DNA from: Takakia lepidozioides
Lineage: Eukaryota > Plantae > Bryophyta
Assembly (NCBI GenBank): GCA_030704615.1
Contig: CM060732.1
Location: 17,918,001-17,982,000 of the forward strand
Length of the DNA stretch: 64,000 nucleotides
Direction: 5' to 3'
The notes under the pieces are model-generated. The model had not been told where the DNA came from. It saw only the letters and a list, made by a program, of their open reading frames with translations, and did no database searches. The translations under genes were made by a program, and so were the position numbers. Each line of letters begins with the position of its first letter. Position 1 is the first letter of the stretch. Below are positions 61,570 to 64,000 of this stretch, in pieces.

Positions 61570-61985
61570 ATGGTTACTAGTTTTTTGAAGCAGCCAGGGA
61601 GTTTAAAGAGACCTCTCCCCTGGCATGGTGTAAAAACATGGTCAGCTGTGGTGTAAATGTGGTGTTTTTGCTATATCATGTACTATGATTTGCAGATGCA
61701 GGTATGAATGCATGGTGTGGATGAGAGCCCACCATCCCACCCTCGCCTGTGTTTTAAATTTTTGATTCTTGCAGATGCTGAATCATTATGATAACCTACT
61801 CTTTGGTTTCTGTAAAATACTGACATACACACCATGTGGTGTATGAAGGAAATTTTGGATGTTCCAGTTTGATGATTGATGGATGGTGCCACTGTAAAGT
61901 GGCTGACATGTCTCTTCTTTTATTGACAAAGAACCTAGTGGTCTTGTCTTTGTCTTTGTCTTGACATGACAAATATATCTTCCCT
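61570..61985. repeat. Copy 2 of the diverged dispersed repeat (copy 1 at 56955-57674)
   Basis: Same ordered blocks as 56955-57674, with internal indels. Confidence 0.75.
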
Positions 61986-62076
61986 CTCTTTTGTCTCTCT
62001 GCCTCTCCCTCTCTCTTTTTAACTTTTCTGCCCCCTCTCTCCCTCTCTGGGTTTTTTTTTTGTGAGCAGCACAAAA

Positions 62077-62255
62077 AGAAAAAAGTATTACGCCTCCCGA
62101 AGGGAGCGTAACTTATGGTGTCACTTCACCACAAGGGCTACTGCCTTCCAGCTGAAAGGTGGACACCTTCATGACACACCAGACCATGGTTTGAACCCAC
62201 AACCACATCCAACGTGGTATGTGCCCATTACCACTGGGCTACATGTTGGTTGTCT
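62077..62255 (-). mobile_element. tRNA-derived SINE, second young copy
   Basis: About 5 differences from the 58930 copy. 13-bp TSD GAGCAGCACAAAA at 62064-62076 and 62256-62268. Confidence 0.93.
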
Positions 62256-64000
62256 GAGCAGCACAAAAGAGAGGGAGTACCCCTACGATTTCGTAGGCTT
62301 CACAGAAGATGACAACAACACTCCTCTCTCCTTGTTTGCCGTACAGAGCAAATGTCATAGAGGGGACCATCAGACCACTTGCTATAGCCTTGTGGCCAAG
62401 CCACCATGCTTGTTTCTGGATGAAGTAGAAAGTTGGGGTAAAGAGCCAAAAAGAGAGAAGGGAGACACTCGGTGTGGAGATTTAGGTCTCAATTGTTATG
62501 CAGGCCCTGACCTGCATCTTCCTGGGCCTTCTTGGAGTGCACACACTCCAGGCAATCCAACTGCCCTTGCCCTCCGTAGTTTTACACTAGTGCACCTCAT
62601 TCTGCTATCTAACTCCCACACACACTGTCGCTCACCCTTCCACATACTGAGCACTACGATATAGCAGCAGAAGTGCAACTCTCGCCTTGGATTACCCCAC
62701 CAGGATTTCGAATGAATGGAGTATCCAGAGCAAGGTTGTCGGACGATGCCAATCTGATCCGAGGGATCAGAAGTACTGGAAAGCATGAAGCAGAACCTGC
62801 TGGTACTGTAAAGAACTCTACCATGTGAGACACCTTACTGGGCCTGACATTGCCAGACAAACTGCTGGAATTTGACAGCATGTGTTCCTCTAACTAGCAC
62901 AGACTCTCACCAAAAAGTTACCAATTCCAACCAGGTTACTATGCTGAAATTTGCTCCCCTCTGCAACAGTCCTGCATCCATGTTACCAGGATTCCTAACA
63001 CAAGACCATTTTTGCTGCCAGTCCAGCTGTGCTCGAATATACAAAATCAGACCTGTAACTATCTATGGAGTATTAAGTAAGCATACAAATATCCAATGTT
63101 GTTCGGATGCTTCAGACTGCACAATCTGATAAGAGCCAGTCTGAGATGAACTCTGTGCATATGCACTTTTGTTGTCCTGCCCTTATGCATGTTGCCAAGA
63201 TTCTCCATTCAAGCCCAAATAATTTGTTCAAGCTGGAAATCCAGGACAACAATCACTCCAAGCTCTCCTGGGACTGTCACTCTCTTACAAGGTTCACTTG
63301 CATAAGAGACCGCATGTGTGTGGAATTTCTAGTGACATATTCCGAATTCTCAGAGTGTCATAGGAAGTCACGGTCACATTTTTTGCCACCTTGTTACTAA
63401 GAGAATGATGCAACTGATCATCCACACTGTATAAGCCAGCCACCCATCCTCTAGTTGTTTCTGACGTACTGAGACTATCAATAGAGCTGCACCCAGGCTG
63501 AAAAATTGTGATTCAATGGAAACCAGAACTAACTTCAGTCAGGCGATGTTTGTAACATAATAGTTGATAAGGTTTATTTGACACCAAAAAATGTCGGGAT
63601 GTAGGAATCACTCGATGTCCTTGTAAAACGTTCCTCCAAATTATTGTCTGGAGGACAACTCAATTTGGACGACACTTTCCCGGAACTGCTATATGACGTC
63701 TCCCCATCCGAACCACCGATCTAAGACTTCGTAATTACACCAACGAGAACTCTAAAGCGAAAATTTAGCAACAGCACCTGGCTCAAATTGTGGCTTCATT
63801 GGAGAGGATTGACAGGTTACTTGGAAGATACAGAGCAAGATAGTAGAAAGTGGTAAGGAGCGCTAAAAATAATTAAGTCTGCCGTCGCAACAACATCATT
63901 TTTTTGCAGCGAATCAACTGGCAGGGAAGAAAACGTTAGGCAGGAGGTTCGTCCCCTCCATACAGTTATATATTCCTCCCTTTCTCCCAGGAACATTCAT

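Noticed and set aside
62300-64000. Possible degraded coding or viral remnant
   Set aside because: All frames checked have multiple stops and I recognise no motif; it needs BLASTX.

Overview
Eukaryotic nuclear DNA from a land plant with a compact genome. Short GT-AG introns, PLS-DYW PPR genes, a CRE-type retroelement and a Bfr1-like gene suggest a bryophyte or other seed-free plant, possibly a hornwort; this taxonomic call is inference only. Six genes look intact: NSE4 (-), HDS/ispG (+), a p24-beta cargo receptor (+), ClpR2 (-), cytosolic PheRS beta (+) and a single-exon Bfr1/PPI-like coiled-coil gene (-). Five are damaged: a PLS-DYW editing factor with one in-frame TAA, a 3' fragment of cytosolic SerRS, a frameshifted TFIIA large subunit, a second DYW PPR remnant and an F-box-like ORF. 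Mobile DNA includes an L1-type LINE end, several 5'-truncated copies of a second LINE whose 3' stem-loop shows compensatory changes, three copies of a tRNA-derived T-tailed SINE with TSDs, a CRE-type RLE fragment, Ty3-like gag/protease fragments and a two-subunit minisatellite. All protein and element calls come from motif recognition by eye; no database searches were run.
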